Shown here piece by piece: positions 46,561-59,165 of a DNA stretch of 59,165 nt (position 1 is the first letter of the stretch; every line of letters begins with the position of its first letter). Under the pieces are notes generated by a model. That model saw only the letters and a list, made by a program, of their open reading frames with translations. It did not search any database and had not been told where the DNA came from. The stretch is from assembly GCA_020536535.1 (NCBI GenBank), contig JAHLWZ010000886.1, forward strand, positions 1 to 59,165, given 5' to 3'. Origin of the DNA: Pelomyxa schiedti. Lineage: Eukaryota; Protista; Evosea. Both the position numbers and the translations under genes were made by a program.

Positions 46561-49500
46561 TCACGGTGTGTCACTTGTGATGCCAATGCTGTCACTGGGC
46601 GTTGGTGTCGTTGCTTCTGTGTTGGTATTGTTACTGTTGTTTGGTTGCAGCTGTGATTCGGCTGGTGGCTGTGTTTCGGTTTGTGGTTGTGATTGCGATT
46701 GTGTTTCTGGTTGCGGTTGCAGTTGTGGTTGTGGTTCGGGTTGTGATTGTTGATTGGTGGGGGGTTCTAGTTGTTGGTTGATGGAATCGGCGGCGGTAGT
46801 GTTGGTGGTGGGGATGAGTTCGTTAGTGGTGGGTTCGGTGGTTGGTGGAGTGAATGGAGGAGGCTGTGGAATGTTGGGTTGTGCCGTTTCTTGATAGGGT
46901 GATGGAATTAAGGGTTTGTCAGGCTCGGGGGTTGTTTGGGTTGGTGTCTGTGGTTCGTTTGTGGGTTTTGTGTGTTCTATTCCGGTTGGGAGCGCTGATT
47001 CGTTTTCCTGTTCTGAGGAAGTTGTGGTGTTTTCTTGCTGGTTTGACGCAATTGTTGTAATTGGTTCAGGCTGGAGACTCGATGTACCGGTCTCAGTGGA
47101 AGTCTGTACTTGCCCCGCATCAGATATGCAAGCGGCAGACCCATTGACATCCGCTTCTTGACAATGTGGGGTAATTGTGGGCATCGTAGTTGAGGCCTCT
47201 TTTTCTTGAGTAGACTTCCAAGCTGCCAATACTGGGTTGGCTTGCTCTTTTTCTGGTTCTGTTGGAGTGGGTAGTTGCTTTTCTTGAACAACAGGAGCAT
47301 TCAGTATCATATCTAAAACAGTACTTCCGCCCGACTTGGCAGGGCACGTGGTTAGAGGTTCGGTTTCTACAAAGGAAATGAGGGTGTTGGTTGTTTCCAC
47401 AACTTTTCCTTGCTCAGTGTGGGAAGGTTCCCTGTTTGGTGTGTCAGAAGCCGTTGGGGCTGTCTGAGGAAAAATCGTTCCATTTGTACTCGAGCTGCTT
47501 ATTAAAGAAGTTGTGTCAGTGACTCTCGTTAATGGATCACAGTGTGCTGAAGCTGTAGAATCAGTCGCGGTATTAGATGTTGCACTAGTTTGTTGAGAAC
47601 CTGGTGGTGTGGTAGCTGTCTCAGATCTACATCGAGAGTTCTTAGAGACGAGAAGGTGCAAAAGATGCAGAGAGCATACTGAATGTCAAGATCACGGCAG
47701 AGGGAAAATGGTGGTGTAGCGAAAAGGTCTTTCAGGATACTTTTTTTATTTGCTGGACTCAGGGAGGGATTGAATAAAAACTCTGCCGCAGATAAAATGA
47801 GGACAGGTTCGCTTGTTTGTTCAACATATTCCGGAAATCTGTGCACAGAGCCATGAGACGTATGGAAAAAGCAACAAGGGTTACAATGATCTAAGGAGAG
47901 GATTTCTGGAAGCCGCCAGAAAGAGGCAATTAAGTGCCCACATTGCGACTTTGTTGTCATGCTGTAGATAGTTTGGAGCGCACATACACACCCAATCTTC
48001 CACTGTATGATGATATCCCTTTGACTGAAGGATGCCGAAAACCTGTATAAAATAATAAATTGAAAATTATGGAAAGAAATTTCACCTCGAACATCAATTG
48101 TGCTACAATTTGTGGATTGGGTTCTTTCAGTTTGATAAATTCATTGAGAATGAGAGATAGAACTTCATCAGCGGGGAACAAGTCTACCATCACAGAGGGC
48201 AAAATACTTGTAGTTGTTTATTGAAAGCGTGAGAATAAATAACATACTCGACAACCACTTTGGCTTGCTGTAAAAAGGCACCCTTTCGCAAAACAGTGAA
48301 CAATAATTTCAGGTGTTCAACATTATTAGTTGATGCAGGACTGAAAAAGAGTAAGCAGAAGAAAACCCCTCGCACCCTACTTATCAACTGGTGACGGTTT
48401 AGTGACCACCTCGTCATAGGCAGCAGAAGAATACATCACCACCAGAGTTAACCCGAAACTCAATAAGCTTGAAACCGCGTTAACAGCCTGAGATGCAAGC
48501 TGTTTTGTAGCAAATCGGGCGATGGTTTCTCGATGTGATAAGGCTAAACTGGTGGAGAGTAGGAGTCTCTGGAAACCAAGACATAAAGACTGTACTACCT
48601 GTTGTTCATAAGTTCTAAATCTGCATTTAATGAAGGAAACTAACGGTAGTGTGGCAATTCCTTGAATTCCATATATTCAATGCCTGCGTTAATGCCTGTT
48701 GTGTAAAGCCTTGTACCTCAGCCTTATAACCGAGAGTATTTGAGTAACACCAGGAAACTTTAACGAGTTACCTCGTGATGGTGTTGGTCAATGATATGAA
48801 ACATCACTGAAAGAAGTAATGGCCTAATCATGAACGCAGCAGTGGAAGAGAGCTGAGTCACGATAAATCTCATCAGCAGCGTCAGTAGACCTTGTGAAAC
48901 ATACTATTTGGAAGTTAAATGTCCCACAGGGAAACGTGAGGGATTCCAATAATAAAAAGGGAAAAAATTACATTTGCTTCCAGAAGATACAATGACCCGG
49001 ACAGGGCTACAGCATGAAGCCATAGAATACGTGACTCCAATGCATACTTCACAAGTTCAAAGGAGATCTTGGGCCACATTGTGCTTGGATGTGGGGTGAC
49101 AACAGCCATTGACTGTTAAAGTTTGTGAAAATATTTGGATCCAAGAGCTTATACCTTTAAAATAGCAAGTATTGTTAACCCTTTCGTTATGAAATCATCC
49201 GGAACGTCAGAATGCATAATGATCCGATACATAATACTGAGGACCCATTCATGCTGTTCTCTATTGTTGAACTTTAAACCAGTTTTCTAGTTTTATACAC
49301 TGCTACCTAGTAAACAAGTCCGAGAGGAGGACGATAGACTCCACTGCTTGTCGCTGAATCATTTCATGTTTGAATATGGATGCGGATGTCTGCGTGTGCT
49401 GGGGGTTCAATGTACTGGTAAACATTTGGCCAATAGAAGACCCACCAGGTGCACTGGAACTGAGGTTTGGTGTAGAAGTGGAAGCTGTAGAGAGGGAAGA

Positions 49501-52500
49501 AGCAGATGATGGCGGCATTGGAGGGAGGTTCAAGAATCCCTCAAGGATTGGAAGAAGCTCGGAAACAAGAGTGGAAATGTTTAATCCCTAAGACATGTTA
49601 AATTGGATCTGTGGGTACTTGTTAGGGAATAACCATAAAATGATATGATCCGTCAGTACGCATTTCTTTTACAGACAGTTGATTAAGATGAAATTGGTAC
49701 CTGACAGTTAGGGTTAGACAAAGTTTTTGTTGGATTTGGGTGCAACTTTGTGGGCCTTTCAATGTTGACCAGTAGAAGGTGATTATTTGTAATCCCCGGT
49801 GCAATTGGCTTTGGAAAGGTGGTAAACCAAAGAAGTGGATGAGAATGGACAAGTTACATCTATTGGATAACATTCATATGTTTCAGATTCACTCAACAGC
49901 ATAAGTTCATGCAATTTTTGTTGAAGGGCGGCAATTTTGGGCCAAAGACCCTTGGAGCTCATGAGATCATTGGCGCTCTGCCTCGCTACATGTCTATCCT
50001 ATTCATGAGAGTTGTCATATACCAAGAAAGAACCGTAAAGTTGTCTGTGAAAATAGGGCCTCTTCGAAGTTTGGAGACTCTTGTGTGAGAGCTAACTACT
50101 AAGTCCTTAGTTTTGAGAATCACAAGCTTTTGTTTTGAACAACCTGCAAGAGTGAGGAGGTAAGAGTGCCTAAGGCATGGCACTTGAGCTGCTCAGTTAC
50201 ATCAGGTTCTTTTTGTTGTGTACTGGTCACGAGACTCAAAAGGACTTGGTACCCCTTTTTTTCTTGACGTTTATTGAATTTTTTTCCTCTTTGTTGCATA
50301 CCCTCTGAAACTGCTGGGGATTTTTAAATGAACAGTGCGACATGAAAAATGACATGAATTGCAGGGCCGCCTCGGGTGTATTCAGAGAGTTAATTTGTGT
50401 TGTGAAAGGTAGTTCAAGAGAACTTATTATAGTGTCCGACTCATTCTAGTTTGTCTTAGAATATAATACACCAAATGTGTGAAGAATACAATAGTAAGTG
50501 GGAAAAATGTATCTGTGTGTAGCCTGGCAACAGATAAAACGGTTGCAAAAAATGCATTGTCAACATCACCACTGCATGTTATGGTGGTACTTTCTTTCCG
50601 ATACCTATTTGTCGTTGTGCAAAACATTATAAGCACGAAGTACAAACCAGCGATATGTTACATCCAGAAGGAACACAAGCTTAGATGCTGGGGTTTCCGT
50701 TTTTGCTGCTGCTGCTGATCGCTTTGTGTGGGGTTGGAGTACTTGAATATAAAGCTATTGTTATTGTTATTACAAGTTGGTGGAGTGCAAGATAAAGACA
50801 TTATAAAGGTACTGCAAAATTTCATTTGAGGTTGTTTCACTGATGGGAGATGATTCATCACTAACACTTCTGGTTCCACAAGCTAGTAACTTTTGTTGTT
50901 TAGTACCACAACCAGTAAGCAGCAAATGAAAGTTTGTACCTGAAGAACTAGGGGAAGGTCATATGGGTTTCCAACAGAGACTTGCCATCTGAGGAGGAAC
51001 TGATGAAGCAAACGAGTACACAGCATGATAATGTTTTGGTTATCCCACAGGCAATCTTCTTTAGGATGTGCTGCTTGTGCATTTATAGAAATGGCTTGCT
51101 GCAATGACACACTCTTTAAATGAGGAGCATTTTTTTTGTGGAAGGATAGTATGGCTTTTAGTAAGCAACGACAGTTGGTGAGCTGTCGACTCCACTCAGC
51201 GTAGGGAATAACTAGCTGGCCTTTACAGTGTGAGTAGAGGTGAGAGGAAGAAGGCATACTTTGTAGGCTGTAGAGCGAAACGAATTTTTCAACGGACTCA
51301 ACCACAGATTCTATTACAATGTGCTAAGTACACATTAGAAGCAAAAAAAGAACAGGAGACGCAAACCTGAATCCAATCTGGACAGAGGTCCACAGAATTG
51401 CGGAGTAAGGCGTAATCAAACTCTTCCGAGTTAACAATCAACTCAATTTGATCCCGTTGAAGTAAAAAGATGAGTGGCATGAAAGTGAAAGGCTTCTATG
51501 GTTGAAACAAAAACAGTCAGTGGAAGCTCTGGGTAGCAAATAAAGAGTAACCTTTTGAGAGTTCTTGAAGCTTTGGAGAATGAAATCACACAATTCCCTC
51601 TTTGGAATAGTTTGTAAATCATCCTTAGATGTACCTGCGGGATTGGTTGCATTGTGAGATGCATCTATTTTTGCTCTTGGAGTGGGACACTGAGGGCCTT
51701 GGCTAACACCGGAGCTTTCGAGCCCAAGGGAGGAAAGTTGAGAAGCTGCATTCAAAAAAAGATGTTCTCCTGGAATATTGTGGAGAAATTCCTGATGTAG
51801 AGATCTCAACTGAGCCAATATTTCAGGAGTAGGCCCTGTTGGTAGGCTTTCTAATCTCATTAATTGGATTACAGGTAAAACGTGAAGACCTTGTGTTAAG
51901 AACTGGACAATTGAACACATAAGGTCTTCAGTACTCTTCTGAATGGAGGAAATATGACTTCCAACAAAATGCTCCACTAGAATCTGCAGGTTCTCAGAAA
52001 AATGGGATGAAGGAGAGACCCACTCTCAGAAGAGCAACTGAAGGCTTGAGAAATTTGAGGAAACTCAGTAGTCTTTGGAAAAGAGCAAGAGACTGGGGTA
52101 GGTGGGGTTGAGTTTGTGTGAGAAGATTTGTGCAGCATTGGAGGATGAAATCTTGATTTCCTTGCAGCTGAACTAACAGAGGCATAACCTGCTGTACTGT
52201 CTCGCGGTTAATGTTATAGCTGTTTTCATAGAAAGTGAGACTGGCGCCAAAGCGATTTAAAATTACATGAGGCATTCCAGGAAGGCAGCAGACGTAATTT
52301 CAACTGATGTCAACATCGAAATGAGCATTCTGCAGTAGGCGATTGTCATTATATGGTATGCGACATATTCATCAAAGAGGAGAGACTTGGAAATTTGAGT
52401 ATTAATATGATGTAAGAAGTCGTTACATCAGGGTACAGATCCAACATGACTGCTTTTCTAGGAAGAATTAATAGGAGTCTAAGCTAGTAGAACATACTTC

Positions 52501-55500
52501 CAAGCGGGACTGTTATGTTGTAGTGTGAAAAGTAGATTACAAATACATCTAACAATGACAGGCTTCTTGCTGTGAAGTAGAATTAAAAAAGAGTTTTTTG
52601 TTTACACAGAGGAAAACCTGGCTAAAGTGTATGTCGTAAGGGACTCAAGCTTTTCGATGCACTCAGAAGCACTTACGGAACTGTCAGAAGAGGCCCCAGC
52701 AGTGCATGAGAGAATATTGAGTTCTGGCATAGATAAGGCACTTCGGCACAGTTGCAGCCTTTCAATAAAAGCAGTGCAATAAAAAATGAAGTGGGAAAGA
52801 AGTTGCCAGAGCTCTGGACTTCCGAAGGCACTAATTTTGACTGCTGCTCTTAGATTGTTTCTGGACTATGGGAAGGAATACCACAACACATTTCTGCAGA
52901 AGCCAAGAGTGCTGGTATAAGAGCTGACGCTTGTTGTACAACGTCCTCAAACCTGGGTGCATTAGAGCTCATCCTAACAGTATACGTAAGACCTGTGAGC
53001 ATCACTGCTTGCATGTGTAAATAATGACCACCCAAGTCTGAGAAGAACAAGCAGGGAGGGGAGCCAGTCCAGCTCCGACTCATGAATGCACTTACTGAAG
53101 AATGAGGCACGGTGAGTGTTGGGGACACGAGGGTTGGATTGGACAGGGGGTGTAACAGGCCGGGATGATGTTGGGGGGACTAGAGACTGAAGGAGGAAAG
53201 GGTTGATAAGCATTAGCCACTGCTTAGCTGACAACACTTGAGGAGAAATAAGTGCCAATATGGCATAAAGATTTTGCATATCCTGCAGAAGCCAAATTAA
53301 TTGGGGGAAAAAAAAACTAAGTCAGGTGAGACACACTTCAAAGCATGTGATTGGTATTTGCTGAGTGGCTATCTTTGGTAAAAGAGTTGTGGCTATAGGT
53401 TCGGAATACCTAACAATGTGAGGAAAACTGAGATAATGATAATATCATACAGGGCCCATTTCTGTGGTGGTTGTTGATTCTTGTGTAGAATAATAATGGC
53501 CAGCTGCTGACATAATGGGTGGTTGATGTGTTCAAGAACAAATCTGAATTTAAACTTAGGTGCTTCTGCAAGTCGAACCAAAATAACCTAAAGAAGTGCT
53601 CACGGAACGTCTGCAAGGATGGGTATGCCTGGCTGGGATCCACTGTGACGGATTGAGAAAATGGAATTTTGAGAACAAGTTCTACCAGGGCCAGGAAAGA
53701 GATATTTGCAAAATAGTCGGAACGAAGATAAAAGGGAGTGCCGGGTTGCTTCAGATGTTGAAACAGAAAACGACATGTTCACAAGCTGCATAAGACGCTC
53801 ATGTGAAAGTACCTTATCGAGTATGAGAAAATCTTGCATGAATAATTGATGGAAACCTGGGGCATATGTCTCCGAATGAAGAGAACTGCAATAAATTCAA
53901 TGATATGGGGAACAACAGCATAGGCTGTGGAGGCAAAGGAATTTTTCTCCTCAACTTGGCTGAGTAGCATATCAAGGAAAACATGTTCAGAGTCGAGCCG
54001 GGAGAAGTCAACCTTACCAGGAATTAATCTTATTGAGGGAAGAGAAAACGTACCCCAAATCTAACTAGTTGAGACAACATCCGTAGGATAGCAAGTTTGA
54101 TGTGACTGTCGTGTGATAGTTTATACTGCCCTATTGAACACACAACAAGGGGTTCAAATGGACGAATTAATTTTTGGTTGGACTCAGTCCTATATCTGTT
54201 GAGTTAAAAGATCAAACCATGCAAAGTTACTTGGCAAGATTCTGGATATCATCTGCTGTGCAAGTAAAATCATCGAAGTGGGAGTCATTCATCAAACCAT
54301 CGCTATATTGATAGACTATGAAGGAGTAAACCAACTGGAAAAAATAGCTAACTTACCTTTTGGAGTTGATGCAGGTACAGACATTACTGATTGAGAGAAA
54401 GTGCAATAAAACAATTCTTCAATGCAAATACATACAGCCTAATATTGTGAACCAATAAGACGTGAGCAAAACCAACCTTTGGCTCAAACTCAAAGTGACG
54501 TGAAAGGTAGTAAATGATCTCTTCATTGTAAGTGGTTATAAGTTTCCCAAAATTCCTGATGACAGCGGCCAAAGTCTGAAAATTTTATACATGAACAAAT
54601 GCGGAAGAAGTAAAGAATGGGGGGTACTATTAAACACGATTCTCTCATTTGCACAAACTTGTCAGCAACAAAAGTAGTAGTTGTTAGAGAAGCAGTATAG
54701 GTATTGTGAAGCCTTTTTTTTTTTTTGAATTAGGGATTTTTTTGAAGTTTTTTAGGTTGGGTTTGGTGTGCCTTGTGTAGAGATTTAAATATGGTTGTAA
54801 ATTCACAAAATAGCCCAGGTGCTGTGGAGGTGCCATCCGTAGACCCGAAACTATCAAACATCAATCAAACGCATGTGCTATTGGGGAACTTACAGTAGCT
54901 CTGAGCAGTGGCTACTCTAAGATCAGAATTCAGGGCTTTTTGCTCCAAAACAAGACACATTATATTTAGAACTTTCATGAGGTGTCTGGTTGTGGTCAGG
55001 AAAGAGTAATTGCCTTTCAAAAGGGTACTTCAAAACAACTGTTGAAAAAGGTGTGAAAAAGCGCCCAGCTTCTCGTGCAAGTAATCCAATCAACTTGTTG
55101 AAGTCAATACAGTAGAAATATTGGAATAGGGAGATTACAGTTATTACGTCTTGGTGTATATCGAGATCAGCACTAACAACAGAGGAGCACAACCTATCCA
55201 ATGCTAGAGGAAGTATTGCACTATTGTATATGCTCATTGGGTTACTGACCCGGCTCAAGACATCTGTATACAATAAATATGTATTGTCAAAAGCTTCACA
55301 GACCATCTGGTGAGTACAGAGGTGTTCTGACAAAAGAATACTTTCTGGCAATGAGTGCCAATGCTTGGTAACAGCCCTTCAATAAAAAAGAGGGATGAGG
55401 TTTTGCAAGCAAATTAACTATCTCTCGGACAATATGGGATAGATTGGCACTGTGTTGCTTAATTGGGTCACAAAACAAAAAAAGCTTTCTAGACCAAGTA

Positions 55501-58168
55501 CTGTTGTATCATCAACATCTCCACAAACAGAAAAGATGGAATGCTTTGAGCCCACTGAATCAGCAACTGGAGACAGATCAAGCTGCGATGAAAAGTTAAG
55601 TCTGCCAATGATATTGACCAGTGCATGGCTTCCAGCTGGATACCGGTTATAGGTTCCCTCATTACAACGAACATACCAGTCCTCACTCTGATATCTTCAT
55701 CACCAAGGAACAACAGCAAGTAATTTATGACTTGCATTGCCAATGGTGTGCGTGAGGCATGTTGTGATCGAGATAGAAACTGGAAATACATTAGAAGCAC
55801 CACAATCAGGTTAAGGTACCAGGTTAGAGCTGTTTTTGTGAGTGAAAGTTGAAAATCGGTGTTGCTCTTGTGATTCTTCTACAAATGCTACCGAGCCAAA
55901 ATCGATACGAGATAGGGTGTTGGCAACCTACCACTCTTTTAGTGTGCGAGTGCAAGGCTATCATACTTCTTGTCTTAGAAGCCAGTAGGCACTTGAACCA
56001 ACACCAAGTAAAGAATAAATCAGAAGCAGGGCCACTTCCCCACAAGTAGTTGGATTACCGCACAACAGGTGTGGGATACACATATCAATAGCTGCACATG
56101 CCATCTTACTTGTTACTGCTGATATGTCAATCAAATAGTTGGAAAGCATAGAGCCAACTTGGTGCACTGAAAGACATGAATAATGAGTTTTGTCAATTTT
56201 TGTTACCAGTGACAAATGAGTCTGTTATTCTATTGGCTGAGAGATATCCAGCAATAACACTTCCAATTAAAATTGCAGTTGCACCCCGTAGGAGCTGATC
56301 GCTATCTCGTGCATGTGTTGAAAAATGTTCAAGCAACAAAGAATTTGGATCTGTTGTTTGGCCAATGGATTCAGGTACACTCTCAGATGTTGTTATACTG
56401 GAAGAAGGGGGTGAAGCATCTGCTTGTGAAGGAGTGTCACTAGGTGCAACAGTGGAAGCTGAGGAAGGCTTTCCAGTGTCATCACTCAAAACAGTTGGTT
56501 CATTGTGAGTGCTGCCATTACAAGGAGTTCTTGATGTCAATTGCAACAATAATTTGTTGGCAAAGGAGTGGAAATGCACGGTGTTATATCTTGCTGCTAG
56601 AGACAAGCAGGGAAGGGCAAGAGATTTCTCACTCACCCTAGAAGATTGGGTATTAAAGCATATGGTATCCAAAGTGAGGAGAAGGTCATCTTTTATAACA
56701 GGGTTACATTTGGGAATACAAATGCAACAACAGACCAAGGCTGGAAATGCCGTCCCATAGTTCTGGAAATATTCCACATAAATTAAAAATCTGTTGCAGA
56801 AGTTCAAGAGATGAAACAATGACGTTGTGGTCTGGCTGGACAAGGCTATGGATATTGTTGGACAAAGAAAAGCAAATGAACGGATTACGATTCAGATGCC
56901 AGCTTTACGACAGACGGCAAGACCTCTTGTAATGCAGACACTTGAGGTGGTTTTCCTGTTCAAGTTAAACAGGGGCAGGTCAAACAAAGTCATAACTGGA
57001 GGAAAGTTGCTCTCCCGATTTATCAATCTGTGTGAGTTGGATGAAGCACCCCAGTGTGCCTTGTATAATTGCTGGGGTCCGATTGTCCTGAGTAAGATAC
57101 TCAGGTAATTGAGAGTAAATAACCCAAACACACAGAGCACTGGAACAGTAGCACAGAGAAAAGCTGAGAATACTGAGGGACAGGGTAATGCCGGCATACA
57201 GCACTAAGACAAGTCGCACCAGACCTCCTCAGTGGGGCTGAATGAAGGAATTTCTTAAGTAGGAGTTTGGCAAAGAATAACATCAAACCGGCTGAGTGCT
57301 TCAGAAGAGGGAAGAAAATTGTGAGGAATTCTGTGACCTCAGTGGGCTTGAGATAGTGCACCAGAGTTCCACAAATCTTGTCCATACCCTCTGCAAGTGC
57401 TTCCTTCAAGAAGATGAAAAAATAAGCTAAGTTGAGTGCTTGTCACAATTATTGGTTCATCATTGGTTCCAATAATATCTCGAAACGGACCCATGAGAAC
57501 CGTGATGTATTTCCGTGCTTTATCAGGAGTAACAAAATGACAAATATCAGCAAATTTTTTCAGTGCTGCTCTCTTGGATCGGAGATTGGGAGGTGGATTG
57601 ATATTTCCCTAGGGCTGCTGTAAGAAATTCTCCTGTCTCCAAGACAACAAACCCGTAGGAACTTGAAGAGCTCATAGAGAATTCTCTCGTTATATGAAGT
57701 GACCAACACCTTTATAATCTTGTTTATGGTCTCATCCGCAACAGTCCACACATTCAAGTCCGAGTCCCCCTGTGCATGCAAAAGTGACTCTAGCACTGCC
57801 GCCAAAATTCGGGTAAAATCTTGCGAGTGTCTAGGCATTGACAGGTAGGTTATTTCTTGAACAAATTGCATGCCGAGGTTTTTTGTTTAATATTGGTGAA
57901 CGTTCGTTTTGTAAGCAACGAGGTAAAGTATACGCGTATACCTCAGCACAGGCGAAATGACTTGCTCAGCGAGCACCCTGCACGCCGCGATTTTGTTGTC
58001 CCGGCAATTTTGTGAGCTTGTGGCCGTGCCGCCCGGCGCCGCCACTGCGGGAGATGCGACGCCGGCGCCAGATCCGCGTGGTCCCATCGTAGGGGGCGGC
58101 GGTGCACCGGTCTTGAGTATGTCCAGTGCCCGGAAGACGTCGATCGTCGTCACCTGCGTAACATCCAT
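46561..58168 (-). CDS. HTT: Huntingtin homologue (HEAT-repeat protein), many exons
   Basis: N-terminal match to the huntingtin pattern: DNKIAACRVLAEQVISPVLRHSQDFTRILAAVLESLL...DSDLNVWTVADETINKIIK...RILYELFK, RSKRAALKKFADICHFVTPDKARKY, LRRSGATCLSAVCRH. Also DSDQLLRGATAILIG, LGDEDIRVR and RLDSEHVFLDMLLSQVE. Confidence 0.88.
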
Positions 58169-59099
58169 TTCGCCCCGCCAACCACTGCCGTAATCTCAAA
58201 ATATATTCCCAGTCGCAACCTTGCGGGGGTGTTTCTTTGTTGTTGTCCTTCGACGAGGTGTTGCAGCCACTGCCACTTAAAATGCCGGTTGATTCCGCGG
58301 AAGCGAAAAACAAAAAAAAAAACTTTGTTCCCCACTTTGGAACTAATGACAGTCAGTGGCAGCTCCTTTCCCCCCCTAAATTCAATTTTCGGTACCGGAA
58401 GGGAGTAAACCACACCCGGCGGGAATGCTGGAAACTAATTAATTAAGGAAATAATTAATTTCTTTTTTGAAAAGGAAAAAAAATGCCTTGTCTGTGCTTT
58501 TAACAGCATTTTTTTAAACAAATCTAACTCTCAGCACACCCTGCATGGGTGTTGTGGCAAATATTTGTGGCGATTATTGGCTGACCACTGTTCTGTCTGA
58601 CTGACGACCAACACAACAACACAACACAGCTGTGTGGTTGTAACACCGTGTTTGCACAACTGGCTTTCTGACTTGGAGTGCAGATGTGCCAAAGACACTG
58701 ATGCACTAATGTGCCGACGCGCAACGCGCCGACGAGGCGAAATGCTGGTGCCCACCACCATCGTGATGACAAACAAAAAATCATCGAAGAACGTTGCAGC
58801 ACAGCAAACATTTGTCGTAAACCAAATACCGAAAATGTTGGGATTGTGGGGCAGTGGGATGATGTTGTTGGGGGTTACAAGCCCAAAATGATGACGTCGT
58901 TTTGGGCTCGCTGGTTTTGGAGTCTTTTTAGGTGTCACAGTGATTCACTCACATCTTATTAAACACGAACAAACAACAATACACCACCCAATGGTAACAG
59001 CTTATTAAAGTAGTTTAGTTGCATTAAATAATTTCCAGGATCCGTTTTCACTCTTTCTGGATCCTAACAATCCTTTTGGCTTGACTTCAAACCTTGATT

Positions 59100-59165
59100 T
59101 CAATCCTCCTCTTCCTCAACCTCATACTCCCTCTTTTGCTGGGCAAATGTCTCATACAGTTATGA
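59100..59165 (-). CDS. Possible 3' end of a gene entering from beyond the window
   Basis: Minus frame reads LYETFAQQKREYEVEEEED*; too short to identify. Confidence 0.3.

Noticed and set aside
50700-50775. Short CAG/Gln5 and Asn5 runs inside huntingtin
   Set aside because: Far from the N-terminal polyQ position, very short, and exon status uncertain
1-59165. Alternative genetic code or stop readthrough to explain fragmented ORFs
   Set aside because: The in-frame stops I examined fall within short GT-AG or GC-AG introns that restore conserved motifs under the standard code

Overview
Gene-dense eukaryotic DNA with many short (about 30-170 nt) spliceosomal introns and intergenic gaps mostly of 30-300 bp. 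Gene content and style suggest an amoebozoan protist, plausibly an archamoeba such as Pelomyxa (inference). I reconstructed about 20 intron-split genes by hand: an atypical CAP/Srv2, a RasGAP, a bacterial-type cyclophilin, a Rho-like/Kelch/F-box/Hint fusion, an L-domain protein, CHMP1, a PrsW-family protease, EEF2KMT, a membrane Cache-type cyclic-nucleotide PDE, two tandem ubiquitin-insert genes, SMARCAD1/Fun30, a 65-aa PDCD4-motif microprotein, a Cys-rich membrane protein, an EMC10-like protein, a SHOCT/polyPro protein, a TRIM-like RING-B-box-SPRY protein, COMMD1, an ankyrin-like CaaX protein, a BAR-RasGAP and huntingtin. The best candidate for a new system is the single spliced gene at 6612-9795 (-). 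It joins a degenerate Rho GTPase, Kelch repeats, an F-box and a catalytically intact-looking Vint-type Hint (self-processing) domain. Second is the tandem pair at 19415-23375 (-), each carrying an internal ubiquitin ending in LRLRGG; the two ubiquitins are highly divergent while adjacent sequence is almost identical. All exon joins were inferred by eye without RNA data, and family calls come from motif recognition, not database searches. I found no supportable tRNA, rRNA, CRISPR array or transposon.
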